From Candidatus Poribacteria bacterium (lineage in GTDB: Bacteria; Poribacteria; WGA-4E; WGA-3G): DNA of 64,000 bases. A model generated the notes under the pieces. That model searched no databases, was not told the DNA's origin, and worked only from the letters and a program-made list of their open reading frames with translations. The stretch lies in NCBI GenBank assembly GCA_965214095.1, contig OZ243938.1:4416001-4480000 (forward strand), written 5' to 3'. Position numbers and translations under genes: made by a program. This document shows, piece after piece, positions 51,858 through 61,029 of the stretch. Positions within the stretch are counted from its first letter, which is position 1, and the number at the start of each line of letters is the position of its first letter.

Positions 51858-52646
51858 TTACTTGTTAGACTTGATGGTACCCCAGGTAGTGGCTAATTTG
51901 TCCAGTGCCTCAACAGCAGTACCACGTTCAACACCGATATTCATCTCTCGAATTACTTCCTCTTCACTGAGGGCACGGCTCCAGATACGCACTTCATCAA
52001 TCAAACCGAGGAACCTTCTGTTTGCACCTTCCGCAGTTGTTCCGACAAAGACTGCAGACGTATCCGCAGTACCGGGTAGAGCACTTTTTCCAGGAAATTC
52101 ACCGATGTTTTCTCCATTCAGCCAAAACCTGTGCACGCCATCATCAACTTGACCAACAACATGCTGCCACTCATTAAGTGGGATCATGGTTGCACAGGTA
52201 CTACCGCCACCTGCACTTAAGTGTAGACATTCACTGGGTGATTCAGTATAGAAACTATATGAACGCGGACTGTTACCTTTCGCGACAATCCCTTGCCAAC
52301 GTTGGTTATTAGGTCCCATGTGTCTTTCAGCATTTATCCAGGCCATCACAGTTACACTTGTTTCAACTGTAAGAATATCGTCATGTGGTACTTCTACCCA
52401 ATCAGTCTCACCATTAAATTTCATGGCGTTCCCGAACTTTCCATCTGCTAACTGCGGAGACCCCATGATTTCACCATCATTCCCATATTGAGAATGATCT
52501 ATAGCAGTACTTCCATCTACTTCATCAAACGAGAAATATAGGATAAGAGATTCCTCGGAATCTACTGCTGCATGCGCAAATGACGCTACAAATAGAACAA
52601 GTATTGATAATAAAATCATATACCTCATTGTTGATTTTTCCTCCAA
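51858..52646 (-). CDS. Secreted LamG/ConA-like lectin-domain protein (likely start ATG 52628)
   Basis: Signal peptide; LYFSFDE, GKFGNA, WQHVVG, GLIDEVRIWSRALS; C-terminal KLATTWGTIK. Confidence 0.88.
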   Translation of the reverse strand: MEEKSTMRYMILLSILVLFVASFAHAAVDSEESLILYFSFDEVDGSTAIDHSQYGNDGEIMGSPQLADGKFGNAMKFNGETDWVEVPHDDILTVETSVTVMAWINAERHMGPNNQRWQGIVAKGNSPRSYSFYTESPSECLHLSAGGGSTCATMIPLNEWQHVVGQVDDGVHRFWLNGENIGEFPGKSALPGTADTSAVFVGTTAEGANRRFLGLIDEVRIWSRALSEEEVIREMNIGVERGTAVEALDKLATTWGTIKSNK

Positions 52647-52718
52647 ATCTTATTTTCTTCAAGTAATCTTGAAGTCGTTTTATATAGATTATTAAAATAG
52701 TTAATTACAAAAGTGTAA

Positions 52719-53510
52719 TTACTTTATTTGGCCTTTTATTGTCCCCCAAGTAGTTGCAACTTTATGTCGTGGATCAACTGGGAAGAGCTCAAAATGTCCT
52801 TTATCCATCTGTTCATTGACCTCTTCTTCAGAAAGGGCACGGTTCCAAACACGAACCTCATCAATTAATCCGAGTAACAACCGTCCTGCACCTTCCGCTG
52901 TAGTACCGATGAAGACATTTGATGTATCACCACCACCCGGAAGATTCGCTTTACCCCCACTTTCACCAGCTATCTCACCATTGACCCAATACCGGTGTAT
53001 ACCAGCTTCCTGATGTACTGCGACATGAACCCATTCATTTAATGCAATCGCAGTATTACAGGTACTACCAGTAAAACCACCCGCAGGACCGATACTGAAG
53101 TGAAGACACATTGTTGGTAAATGTGTATAAAAACTATAAGAACGCGGACTATTTCCTTTTGCAACGATTCCTTGCCAATTTACGCCACCAGGTCCTGAGT
53201 GTCTTTCAACATTGATCCAAGCCATTGCTGTAACATCCTTATCAACAGTAAGACTTTCATGGTGTGGAATTTCAACCCATTGGCTTGAGCCATCAAGCTC
53301 AATTGCCTTTCCATGTTTACCATTAGCTAATTCCGGGTTGCCCTTCAATTCACCGTGATTCTCATACTTGGAATGGTCAATTGCCATATCATCATCGCTA
53401 AGGTTGTCAAATGAGACATAAAGAATTAGCGAATCTTCCGGCTCATTCAGTGCATGGACAAATGGTACCACAAGCATTGCAATTAATATAATAACAATTA
53501 TATTTTTCAT
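52719..53510 (-). CDS. Secreted LamG domain protein
   Basis: Paralog of its neighbours; GLIDEVRVWNRALS; C-terminal VDPRHKVATTWGTIK. Confidence 0.9.
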   Translation of the reverse strand: MKNIIVIILIAMLVVPFVHALNEPEDSLILYVSFDNLSDDDMAIDHSKYENHGELKGNPELANGKHGKAIELDGSSQWVEIPHHESLTVDKDVTAMAWINVERHSGPGGVNWQGIVAKGNSPRSYSFYTHLPTMCLHFSIGPAGGFTGSTCNTAIALNEWVHVAVHQEAGIHRYWVNGEIAGESGGKANLPGGGDTSNVFIGTTAEGAGRLLLGLIDEVRVWNRALSEEEVNEQMDKGHFELFPVDPRHKVATTWGTIKGQIK

Positions 53511-53603
53511 TTTTCTCCTTTTATTTATTAGAGTGTTCTATAGGTTTTCAAATCTATCCTACAGATACACTTATAAGGACGATACAATATGAACGTCCTT
53601 GTT

Positions 53604-54389
53604 TTACTGTTGTCCCTTCAAACTACCCCATGTAGTGGCTAATTTATTCCGAGGATCAACAGCAAATATCTCAAAATGTCCTTTCTCCTTATGATCATTA
53701 ACCTCTTCTTCAGTCAGAGCGCGGTTCCAGATACGAACTTCATCTATCATACCGAGCAAATATCTGATATTTCCAGGACCCGCAGCACCAATCGCAACAG
53801 GGGCTGTATCAGCGTCCCCAACAGCGTCCACTTTCCCGTCAATCTCCTTGACCATCTCACCATTAATATAATAACGATGTGTGCCATTGTCAAGTTGGGC
53901 AACAACATGGTTCCATTCATTCAAACTGATAGGTGTGTCGCAAGAACTGCCACCGAAACCTCCTGCCGGACCAATACTAAGGTGTAGACATTTCGACTGC
54001 AAATGGGTGTAGAAACTGTAAGAACGAGGTCCGTTACCTTTAGCAGTTATCCCTTGCCAATTGGCACCTTCAGGACCGGAATGACGACCAATATTGATCC
54101 AAATCATTACAGTCACTTCTTTTGTTACAGTGAGGGATTCATGATGCGGGATTTCAACATATTCGTCCTCGCCGTTAAGTTCAAGAGCTTTGCCAAACAT
54201 GCCCTTCACGTGTTTCGGATCACCCTTCATCTCACCATGATTTCCATAATTTGAATGGTCAAATGTCTCTTTTCCATCAATCGTATCAAACGACATGTAG
54301 AGGATAAGCGAATCCTCAAGTTCATTAGCAGCAAACACGATAGTTGAAACAGACAGAAAGAAGGCTAAAACAAGTAATACTTTCTTCAT
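53604..54389 (-). CDS. Secreted LamG domain protein
   Basis: GMIDEVRIWNRALT; C-terminal VDPRNKLATTWGSLK. Confidence 0.9.
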   Translation of the reverse strand: MKKVLLVLAFFLSVSTIVFAANELEDSLILYMSFDTIDGKETFDHSNYGNHGEMKGDPKHVKGMFGKALELNGEDEYVEIPHHESLTVTKEVTVMIWINIGRHSGPEGANWQGITAKGNGPRSYSFYTHLQSKCLHLSIGPAGGFGGSSCDTPISLNEWNHVVAQLDNGTHRYYINGEMVKEIDGKVDAVGDADTAPVAIGAAGPGNIRYLLGMIDEVRIWNRALTEEEVNDHKEKGHFEIFAVDPRNKLATTWGSLKGQQ

Positions 54390-54426
54390 AATTCCTCACT
54401 TTTCATACTACCAAAAAACGCAAAAC

Positions 54427-56127
54427 CTAATAATCTAATTGAATGACTTTTCTGCCTTCAATAACTAAATACCTCTGATTGACAGACAGATCTGTTTTCC
54501 TATCTATCTGACCTGAAGGCCATTTAATTTCAAGGAGGTCAATCTGTTCCGCTTTTCCAACACCAAAATGTGCTCGTATATCATGGAAAGAGAGGTAACT
54601 ACCACCACCATGCACTTCTCGGTACTGAACATGTTCACCAACGACTACCTTTATTTTCGCTCCAAATCCTGAACGGTTGCTCTTCAATCCATCTAATTGT
54701 ATTTGTACCCAATTGTTCCTATTACCAACTACATTCTGAAGCAAATCTGGAATCTGATTACAGTTCGTAACTAAAATATCAAGATCACCATCATTGTCAT
54801 AATCACCAATCGCAGCACCACGACTGACCTTCTTCAAAGATAACCCATCAGCCTCTGAAACTACATTTGCAAACGTTCCATCTCCCAAATTCCGAAATAG
54901 CAGATTTTTTTGCGGGTATGATACATGCTTCTCCAACTCAGAGATATTATCCATCAAATGTCCATTCGCAACAAAAATATCTTGATAACCATCGTTATCA
55001 TAATCAAAGAACTTGATACCCCAACCAAGATACCCATGCGTGATCTCGGCTATTCCTGAAGGTATCGTATTGTCAAGAAAGAAACTGCTATCGTGATTAT
55101 GGTAAAGTGTGTTCGTTTCGGTCTGATAGTTGCTAACAGTGATGTCAAGTTTCCCATCGTTATTATAATCACCGAAATCAGTTCCCATCCCAGCTTCTTC
55201 TTTTCCCATATCATTGTAGCAAACACCAGAAATTAATGCAACCTCTAAAAATTTACCTTTTCCATCATTTTGTAATAGAAAGTTCGGATCCTGATCGTTG
55301 GCAACATATAAGTCCATATCGCCATCGCCATCATAATCACCAAAGGTCACACCCAATCCATGCATTGGCAAAAGGTCGGATGGACGATATTGCGCCGACA
55401 CATCAGTAAACGTCCCGTCTCCATCACTTAAGTAAAAAGTGTCGTGAACAGCAGGATACGCATGAGGTCCACAATAGACATGAACCCCACGTTCATCGCA
55501 ACGTCTATCTTCTTTCGGATGGTAATTAGCATAGTTCGTCACATAGATGTCCAAATGACCTTCGTTATCAATGTCAACAAAGACGCAACTTGTTCCCCAT
55601 TCCTGATTCGCAACTCCTGCTTCCATAGTTACATCTTTAAATGTACCATCACCTTGGTTCTGATAAAGTTGGTCTGCTCCAAAGTTTGTAACATAAAGGT
55701 CAAGATCACCATCATTATCATAATCTCCAACTGTAGCACCAGTTCCATAAGCAGTACTCCCAACACCAGCAGCTTCAGTTACATCCGTAAAAGTACCATT
55801 CCCATTGTTTCGGTACAGCACATTAGTAGGTGACTTTTCTTGTGCGTTATCTACTTGTATTGCCCCATTCACAAGATAAATGTCAAGATCTCCATCACCA
55901 TCATAATCAAAAAAACCACCACCTGAACCGAGAAATTCATTGAATAATCTCTTTCCACTTCTACCATCGGTATGTTCAAATTCAATTCCAGCAGACTCAG
56001 TAACATCTACGAAAATCTGTTCCGATAATGCAGCATCATTATTAAAAAATAAGGTTAAAATCACAAGAAATATAGGGTGGATAAATTGAGGGATAGTAAA
56101 AATTCTTGATAAATTTGTCTTATACAT
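54427..56127 (-). CDS. CRTAC1/ASPIC-UnbV family protein with FG-GAP repeats
   Basis: Repeated DYDNDGDLD(L/I)YV motifs; FVDVTESAGI; SRGAAIGD; C-terminal GGSYLS..HFGVG..EIKWPSG. Confidence 0.93.
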   Translation of the reverse strand: MYKTNLSRIFTIPQFIHPIFLVILTLFFNNDAALSEQIFVDVTESAGIEFEHTDGRSGKRLFNEFLGSGGGFFDYDGDGDLDIYLVNGAIQVDNAQEKSPTNVLYRNNGNGTFTDVTEAAGVGSTAYGTGATVGDYDNDGDLDLYVTNFGADQLYQNQGDGTFKDVTMEAGVANQEWGTSCVFVDIDNEGHLDIYVTNYANYHPKEDRRCDERGVHVYCGPHAYPAVHDTFYLSDGDGTFTDVSAQYRPSDLLPMHGLGVTFGDYDGDGDMDLYVANDQDPNFLLQNDGKGKFLEVALISGVCYNDMGKEEAGMGTDFGDYNNDGKLDITVSNYQTETNTLYHNHDSSFFLDNTIPSGIAEITHGYLGWGIKFFDYDNDGYQDIFVANGHLMDNISELEKHVSYPQKNLLFRNLGDGTFANVVSEADGLSLKKVSRGAAIGDYDNDGDLDILVTNCNQIPDLLQNVVGNRNNWVQIQLDGLKSNRSGFGAKIKVVVGEHVQYREVHGGGSYLSFHDIRAHFGVGKAEQIDLLEIKWPSGQIDRKTDLSVNQRYLVIEGRKVIQLDY

Positions 56128-56153
56128 AAGGATTCAGTCTGAATCATTTTTAT

Positions 56154-57404
56154 TTATTTCTTCAGACGTTCCAATCTCCGAATTTCTGTCCAAGCATCTC
56201 TATCGGTAGGAACTATTTTTGTAATGTGTTGATATATCTCAATCGCTTTATCTATGTGCCCCTGATGTGCATAGATTTCTGCCAACCCGTGATACGCCAA
56301 ACTATGTTCAGGCATCTTCTCAATTGCCTTCTGCAGGTGTGATATCGCCTTTTCATCAGAATCCTGTTGTGAATACAACCACCCTAATCTAACGTGTGCT
56401 TCAACAGCATCAGGTTTCAACTCAAGAACTTTATGGAAAAGTGGTATAGCACGATGTAGGCTATTGAGTTCCATATAGAACCTACCCAACTGATCATAAC
56501 CGTCTACAAACTTCGGATTTAACCGAATTACTGCTTGATATGTCCTAATTGCAGCTGGTACATTCGCATGTTCTGCATGGATTTTCGCCAATTGCATACG
56601 GAGTGATGCGTTGGCTGGATCTTCAGTTAAAAAACCTTCTATGGTATAAGTCTGGTCATAATAATCTTTCATCTTCTGGAATAGTTTCAACTGCACAGAT
56701 GCTGACTCTATATCACCAATTAAACGATAAGCCTTAGCAAGATTATAGTATGCGCTTTGAATAAACGGCTTTTTCTGAATCGCAGTTTTATAGTAGGTAA
56801 TAGCTTCCTGTGGTCTGTTCCGCATTAAGGCAATTAATCCAAGCCATTGATACACTTCAGGAAAATCTGGGTTGAGTTGAAGAGTTTTCTTAAATGCAAC
56901 CAATGCATCCGGAAATTTCGCTTGGTGTGTGTAGATATAACCAAGACGGTAATGAGTATCAGCAACCAATGGATGTCTATCTACCGCTGCTATCGCATGA
57001 ACTTCAGCAACATCCAATTTGCTCTGTTCACTGTAAATTTCCGATAACAGAAGGTGTGTTAATCCTGTTATATGGTCATTTGTGTGATCCTTTTTCTTGG
57101 ACGCAATTGAGAATATCTTTTCTGCTGTTTCTATTGCTAACGCTAATTCATCTTGTAATTTATATACATTCGCCAATTGAAATAAGGCATCAATATCATT
57201 TGGCTTCCTTGATAGTATCAATTGGAAGGTGTCAACTGCTTTCGGATAAATCTTTAGTCTTATATACTGCGTACCTTGTTTCATTTCAGTTTCATATTGA
57301 TCAGAACTGACAGTCATCGAGGTTTGCAATAAGATAATAACTAATAATACATGATGAATGTGTATCTTAAACATCAGATGATACAGTGTATGACAAACTT
57401 TCAT
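56154..57404 (-). CDS. Secreted tetratricopeptide-repeat protein (start 57404 or 57374)
   Basis: Multiple TPRs (HYRLGYIY, AYYNLAKAY, AHVRLGWLY). The 57488 start overlaps the CMD gene. Confidence 0.88.
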   Translation of the reverse strand: MKVCHTLYHLMFKIHIHHVLLVIILLQTSMTVSSDQYETEMKQGTQYIRLKIYPKAVDTFQLILSRKPNDIDALFQLANVYKLQDELALAIETAEKIFSIASKKKDHTNDHITGLTHLLLSEIYSEQSKLDVAEVHAIAAVDRHPLVADTHYRLGYIYTHQAKFPDALVAFKKTLQLNPDFPEVYQWLGLIALMRNRPQEAITYYKTAIQKKPFIQSAYYNLAKAYRLIGDIESASVQLKLFQKMKDYYDQTYTIEGFLTEDPANASLRMQLAKIHAEHANVPAAIRTYQAVIRLNPKFVDGYDQLGRFYMELNSLHRAIPLFHKVLELKPDAVEAHVRLGWLYSQQDSDEKAISHLQKAIEKMPEHSLAYHGLAEIYAHQGHIDKAIEIYQHITKIVPTDRDAWTEIRRLERLKK

Positions 57405-57414
57405 GCTAATATGC

Positions 57415-57744
57415 TCAATCAGTGTCCGATTGTTTTTCCACGACATCTTTAATCCAAGATAGCGCAGCCATACTTGATGACCACCCAATTGAAGTTATAG
57501 CCAGCAAAGCCACCTGTTGGATCTCATCTGGTGTAATACCCTCACGTAACGCACGACGCGTATGTGAATGCACCGCACCTTCGGACTTCGCACCTATCGC
57601 CAATGCAAGCTTAACAAGACGCACAGTTTTCGGCTCAAGCGAACCCGAAGTGCCACACGCCTCACCCAATGCCTGATATGCTTGCCATACTTCTGGATAT
57701 TCTTCAATTACACCTTGAAGAAAATCTGGTAATTTATCTTTCAT
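57415..57744 (-). CDS. Carboxymuconolactone decarboxylase (AhpD-like) family protein
   Basis: YPEVWQAYQAL..LEPKTVRLVKLALAIG..EGAVHSH.RRAL.EG...EI. Confidence 0.9.
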   Translation of the reverse strand: MKDKLPDFLQGVIEEYPEVWQAYQALGEACGTSGSLEPKTVRLVKLALAIGAKSEGAVHSHTRRALREGITPDEIQQVALLAITSIGWSSSMAALSWIKDVVEKQSDTD

Positions 57745-57757
57745 GATAACTCAAAAT

Positions 57758-57958
57758 CTAACTAACTTCCTCTTTCTGTGGTGCTTCGGTATCCTGTTGT
57801 GTAGTAGTTGCGTTCTCCTCTTCTTGAGACTCATGAAGTCCTGATTTAAAGTTCGTTATGCTCTTACCAAGTCCACGTGCCAATTCAGGCAACTTCTTCC
57901 CACCAAATAGTAGTAAGGCAACTAATACTACCGCAATTATCTCCCAATGACCAAACAT
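57758..57958 (-). CDS. tatA: Twin-arginine translocase subunit TatA/E
   Basis: [34 protein letters not shown]; ATG 57958 follows GGAG. Confidence 0.93.
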   Translation of the reverse strand: MFGHWEIIAVVLVALLLFGGKKLPELARGLGKSITNFKSGLHESQEEENATTTQQDTEAPQKEEVS

Positions 57959-58139
57959 ATCTGTCTCCAAATAAATTTTGTGATTTGTATTGTAAATTCA
58001 ACACTTAATTCTAATTATGTATTGTACTATATTTCTTATATAATTTCATCTAAAAATTACAATATCACCATAACATTATAATTACAACCTCCTAAAAAGC
58101 TTGAAATCTGCGATCCAGAAGAAAGAACCCGCTCGCATC

Positions 58140-58196
58140 CGCGCAACTCATTGCGCCTCTTACATTCATAGTAATAGGCATACTCCGTGTGCCGTC
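58140..58196 (+). repeat. Degenerate family B REP followed by a second REP-like palindrome
   Basis: CGCGCAACTCATTGCGCCTCTTACATT, then GTAATAGGCATACTCCGTGTGCC. Confidence 0.55.
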
Positions 58197-58323
58197 TATT
58201 TTTTGAATACCACCTTGAAACTTCAGAAGCATAATCCTGTAATCTTGGTTCAGACAAGAATCCGAGATTCAGGAATTGTGTAGGTTCGTAAAATTAGAAA
58301 TGGTATGACCTGCTTTTCTTGAA

Positions 58324-58831
58324 GGGTGTGTAAAGTTCTTGGCAAAATGGACACAGACATTCTATAGGAGGGATCTCCGAATCGCGAACTGTCGGGAATC
58401 GGAGTTCCCTCGGACAATGAATTTGGCGGTTAATGTCGAGAACTTTACATACCCATTTGGAACAATATCTGAAATTATTGTGACTGTTGTCCAGTTTTGC
58501 TTGGATTCGTCCATAGATGTCAATTTGTTGAGATAAGGCAGTCGGAAACTCGGATGCCTGCCTGCAAGTGGGCATTGGTCAGAAAACAGCAATTATTCAA
58601 CGATTGAATACCTCTGCGTATGTCATGAATGTTTGCATTAATTGCATTAATTTCTATTATAATTTGGATTTATTTATGAAAAAACCTTCGCGAAAAAATA
58701 GAGTTAGCTTCAGTCATAATAAGAGATTATCAATGAGCTGGGTGTATTTCTGAGACTGAAAGAATGCGGGGCACGGAGACTCCGCAAGACAATGGTTGGT
58801 GAGAACTTAGTGCCAAAAACTTTACACACCC
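58324..58831. mobile_element. 508-bp non-autonomous TIR element with a 9-bp target-site duplication and a third internal TIR
   Basis: 21-bp TIRs GGGTGTGTAAAGTTCTTGGCA / TGCCAAAAACTTTACACACCC (20/21 match). TTTCTTGAA flanks it at 58315-58323 and 58832-58840. An internal right-end copy sits at 58434-58454 (18/21). Confidence 0.85.
58632..58745 (+). promoter_or_regulatory. Second copy of the 114-bp leader-like element, inside the TIR element
   Basis: Ungapped match to 7375-7262(-); 76/114 identical by hand count. Confidence 0.45.
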
Positions 58832-58847
58832 TTTCTTGAAAATATAT

Positions 58848-58876
58848 TTGATAGATCAACATTTTTATGCTATACT
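58848..58876 (+). promoter_or_regulatory. Sigma70 promoter for the LamG pair
   Basis: TTGATA-N17-TATACT with extended -10 TG. Confidence 0.7.
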
Positions 58877-58958
58877 TTCCAATAATTGGTCTTCCAATAT
58901 TGAAATGAAATAATATAGGGCATATTGGAACTAACAAGAAACAACGAAAGGAGACGAG

Positions 58959-59753
58959 ATGAGATTTATACGTATCTATGTAATTATACTATTTGCTGTA
59001 TGTTTCGTGATCCTTCCCACACAGGCTGCGTTTGATGCCGATAACATCATGGGAATGTGGCTCTTTAATGAGGGTAATGGAGACACAGCAAAAGATTCGT
59101 CAGGAAACGGCAACGATGGTGAAATCATCGGTGGTGCAAAATGGGTTGATGGACAATTTGGAAAAGCACTTGAATTTGATGGTACGGATGACTGGGTTGA
59201 AGTTCAACACTCGGATGCTGTTGCGTTTGAAAAAGGAACTTCTTTCTCTATTACACTTCATTACAATGGATCAGCAGTAGGAGGTTCTCTTGTCGGCAAA
59301 GGCTATGAAGATACAACGCAAGTCAAACCTTGGTATTTGTTATGGAATGGTGGTGGTGATGCAAATGTATCTTTTTTTCTTCGCACTTCAGCAGATGCGG
59401 AGTCCAAAATAAATAGTACAGTGCCTGTCTCAGATGAAGAATGGCATTTTATTGCTGCTGTCGCAGATGCAGATTCAAAGAAAGTTTCCTTGTGGATCGA
59501 TGGAAAAAAGAATGTTGAGGGAGTCTTCAATGTTTCTGAAGGGTATGGTACAAATGATAGCGTTTTTCATATAGCACGACACTTTGATCGATATACAAAA
59601 GGTATAATTGATGATGTTGGAATCTTTAATGTTGCATTGACCGAAAATGATATGGACACTATCATGGAAAATGGTTTAGAAGAGGCTGCAGCAGTAGACG
59701 TTGTAGGGAAACTCACAACAACATGGGCTAACATTAAGCGAAATATAAAATAA
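58959..59753 (+). CDS. Secreted LamG domain protein
   Basis: Signal peptide (TQA-A); MWLFNEG, GQFGKALEFDG, GIIDDVGIFN; C-terminal KLTTTWANIK. Confidence 0.9.
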   Translation: MRFIRIYVIILFAVCFVILPTQAAFDADNIMGMWLFNEGNGDTAKDSSGNGNDGEIIGGAKWVDGQFGKALEFDGTDDWVEVQHSDAVAFEKGTSFSITLHYNGSAVGGSLVGKGYEDTTQVKPWYLLWNGGGDANVSFFLRTSADAESKINSTVPVSDEEWHFIAAVADADSKKVSLWIDGKKNVEGVFNVSEGYGTNDSVFHIARHFDRYTKGIIDDVGIFNVALTENDMDTIMENGLEEAAAVDVVGKLTTTWANIKRNIK

Positions 59754-59771
59754 AATTAGGAGATATATTTG

Positions 59772-60564
59772 ATGAAATATTTTGGATTTACATTAACTTT
59801 GTTATTTAGTCTCGTTTTACTTATAGCATATCCAAGTTATGCAGAATACGGTTATGAAAATATCACAGGATTGTGGCTTTTTGATGAAGGTGAAGGCACT
59901 GTAGCAGGTGATTCATCAAGTCAAAACAGTGAAGGTCAAATTCACGGAGCAACTTGGGTAGATGGCAAATTTGGAAAAGCATTGCAATTTGATGGAACAG
60001 ATGACTGGGTTGAAGTACAACATTCTGAAAATGTTGCTTTTGAAGCTGGAACATCCTTTTCGCTCACCGCTCATTTCAAAGGAACAGTGGTCGGTGGTTC
60101 ACTTGCAGGAAAGAATTATGAAGATACAACGCAGGCAACGCCTTGGTACATGATCTGGAGGCGGCAATAACAAAGTGACTTTCTTCTTACGGGATAGTGC
60201 TAATGCAAGTTTCAGACCAGAAAGTACAACTGAAATTGGGGATGATCAGTGGCATTTCGTTGCGGGTGTGGCAAATGTAGATACAGGAAATGCATCCATT
60301 TGGATAGATGGAAATATGGAAGCTGAAGTTGATTTCAATACTGACGATGGATACGGAACAGCTGAAGGCGTGTTTCATATCGGTCGACATTTTGACAGAT
60401 ACACAAATGGAATCATTGATGAAGTTGCACTCTTTAACGTAGCATTAACTGAAGACGATATTAACTCTATCATGTCTGACGGTCTTGTAAGTGTCACTGC
60501 TGTTGAAGCACAAGGGAAACTTGCTACGACTTGGGGGACAATCAAAGAACGCACTTCAAAATAA
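59772..60564 (+). pseudogene. Frameshifted LamG paralog (ORFs 59769..60170 and 60175..60564 are one gene)
   Basis: Both halves are colinear with 58959..59753. The frame breaks at 60156-60162 (TGG-A-GGC GGC AAT AAC AAA GTG). Confidence 0.85.
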
Positions 60565-60658
60565 TGTGTAATAAAGTATAGGGAACGTTCTCTGTTGCTA
60601 CTACACACTATTTGCATGTATGTTACAGAACATTCGCTCAAAAGGTAGGCGCGCTTTC

Positions 60659-60773
60659 ATGAAGATTAAGAAATAAATCAGGTAATTTCTTAGAGATGTC
60701 CGGTGCGGTTAGGAAACCGCACCTACCGGGTTTGGAAAAATGAGAATTACCGAATTAATAACTTAATTTTCAT
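60659..60773. mobile_element. MITE-like element with ATGAA(G/A)ATTAAG terminal inverted repeats and a central REP
   Basis: ATGAAGATTAAG...CTTAATTTTCAT encloses CCGGTGCGGTTAGGAAACCGCACCTACCGG. Confidence 0.6.
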
Positions 60774-60774
60774 C

Positions 60775-60898
60775 TAAGCAAGTTTCAATATTAAATATGC
60801 ACATTGTCCATTGATAGCGGGCGGGGAAACCCCGCCCCTACGAACTCGGTGGCATTATCTGTCGAAAAAATCGGAAGATTATTATTTAATATTGCTTA
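60775..60898. repeat. Adjacent MITE-like element with TAAGCAA...TTGCTTA ends and a central REP
   Basis: Encloses GGGCGGGGAAACCCCGCCCCTAC, related to the REP at 7827-7850 in the opposite orientation. Confidence 0.5.
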
Positions 60899-61029
60899 AG
60901 CGTGCCGAAAAATCAGAATACCATTAAAAATTACAACATTTTAGTCACAATTGGTAGAAAAACGTGAGAATTGTGTAAATCATATACAGAAATACTGAAG
61001 TTTTCATTTTGTAAAGGAAACAAATAGTC

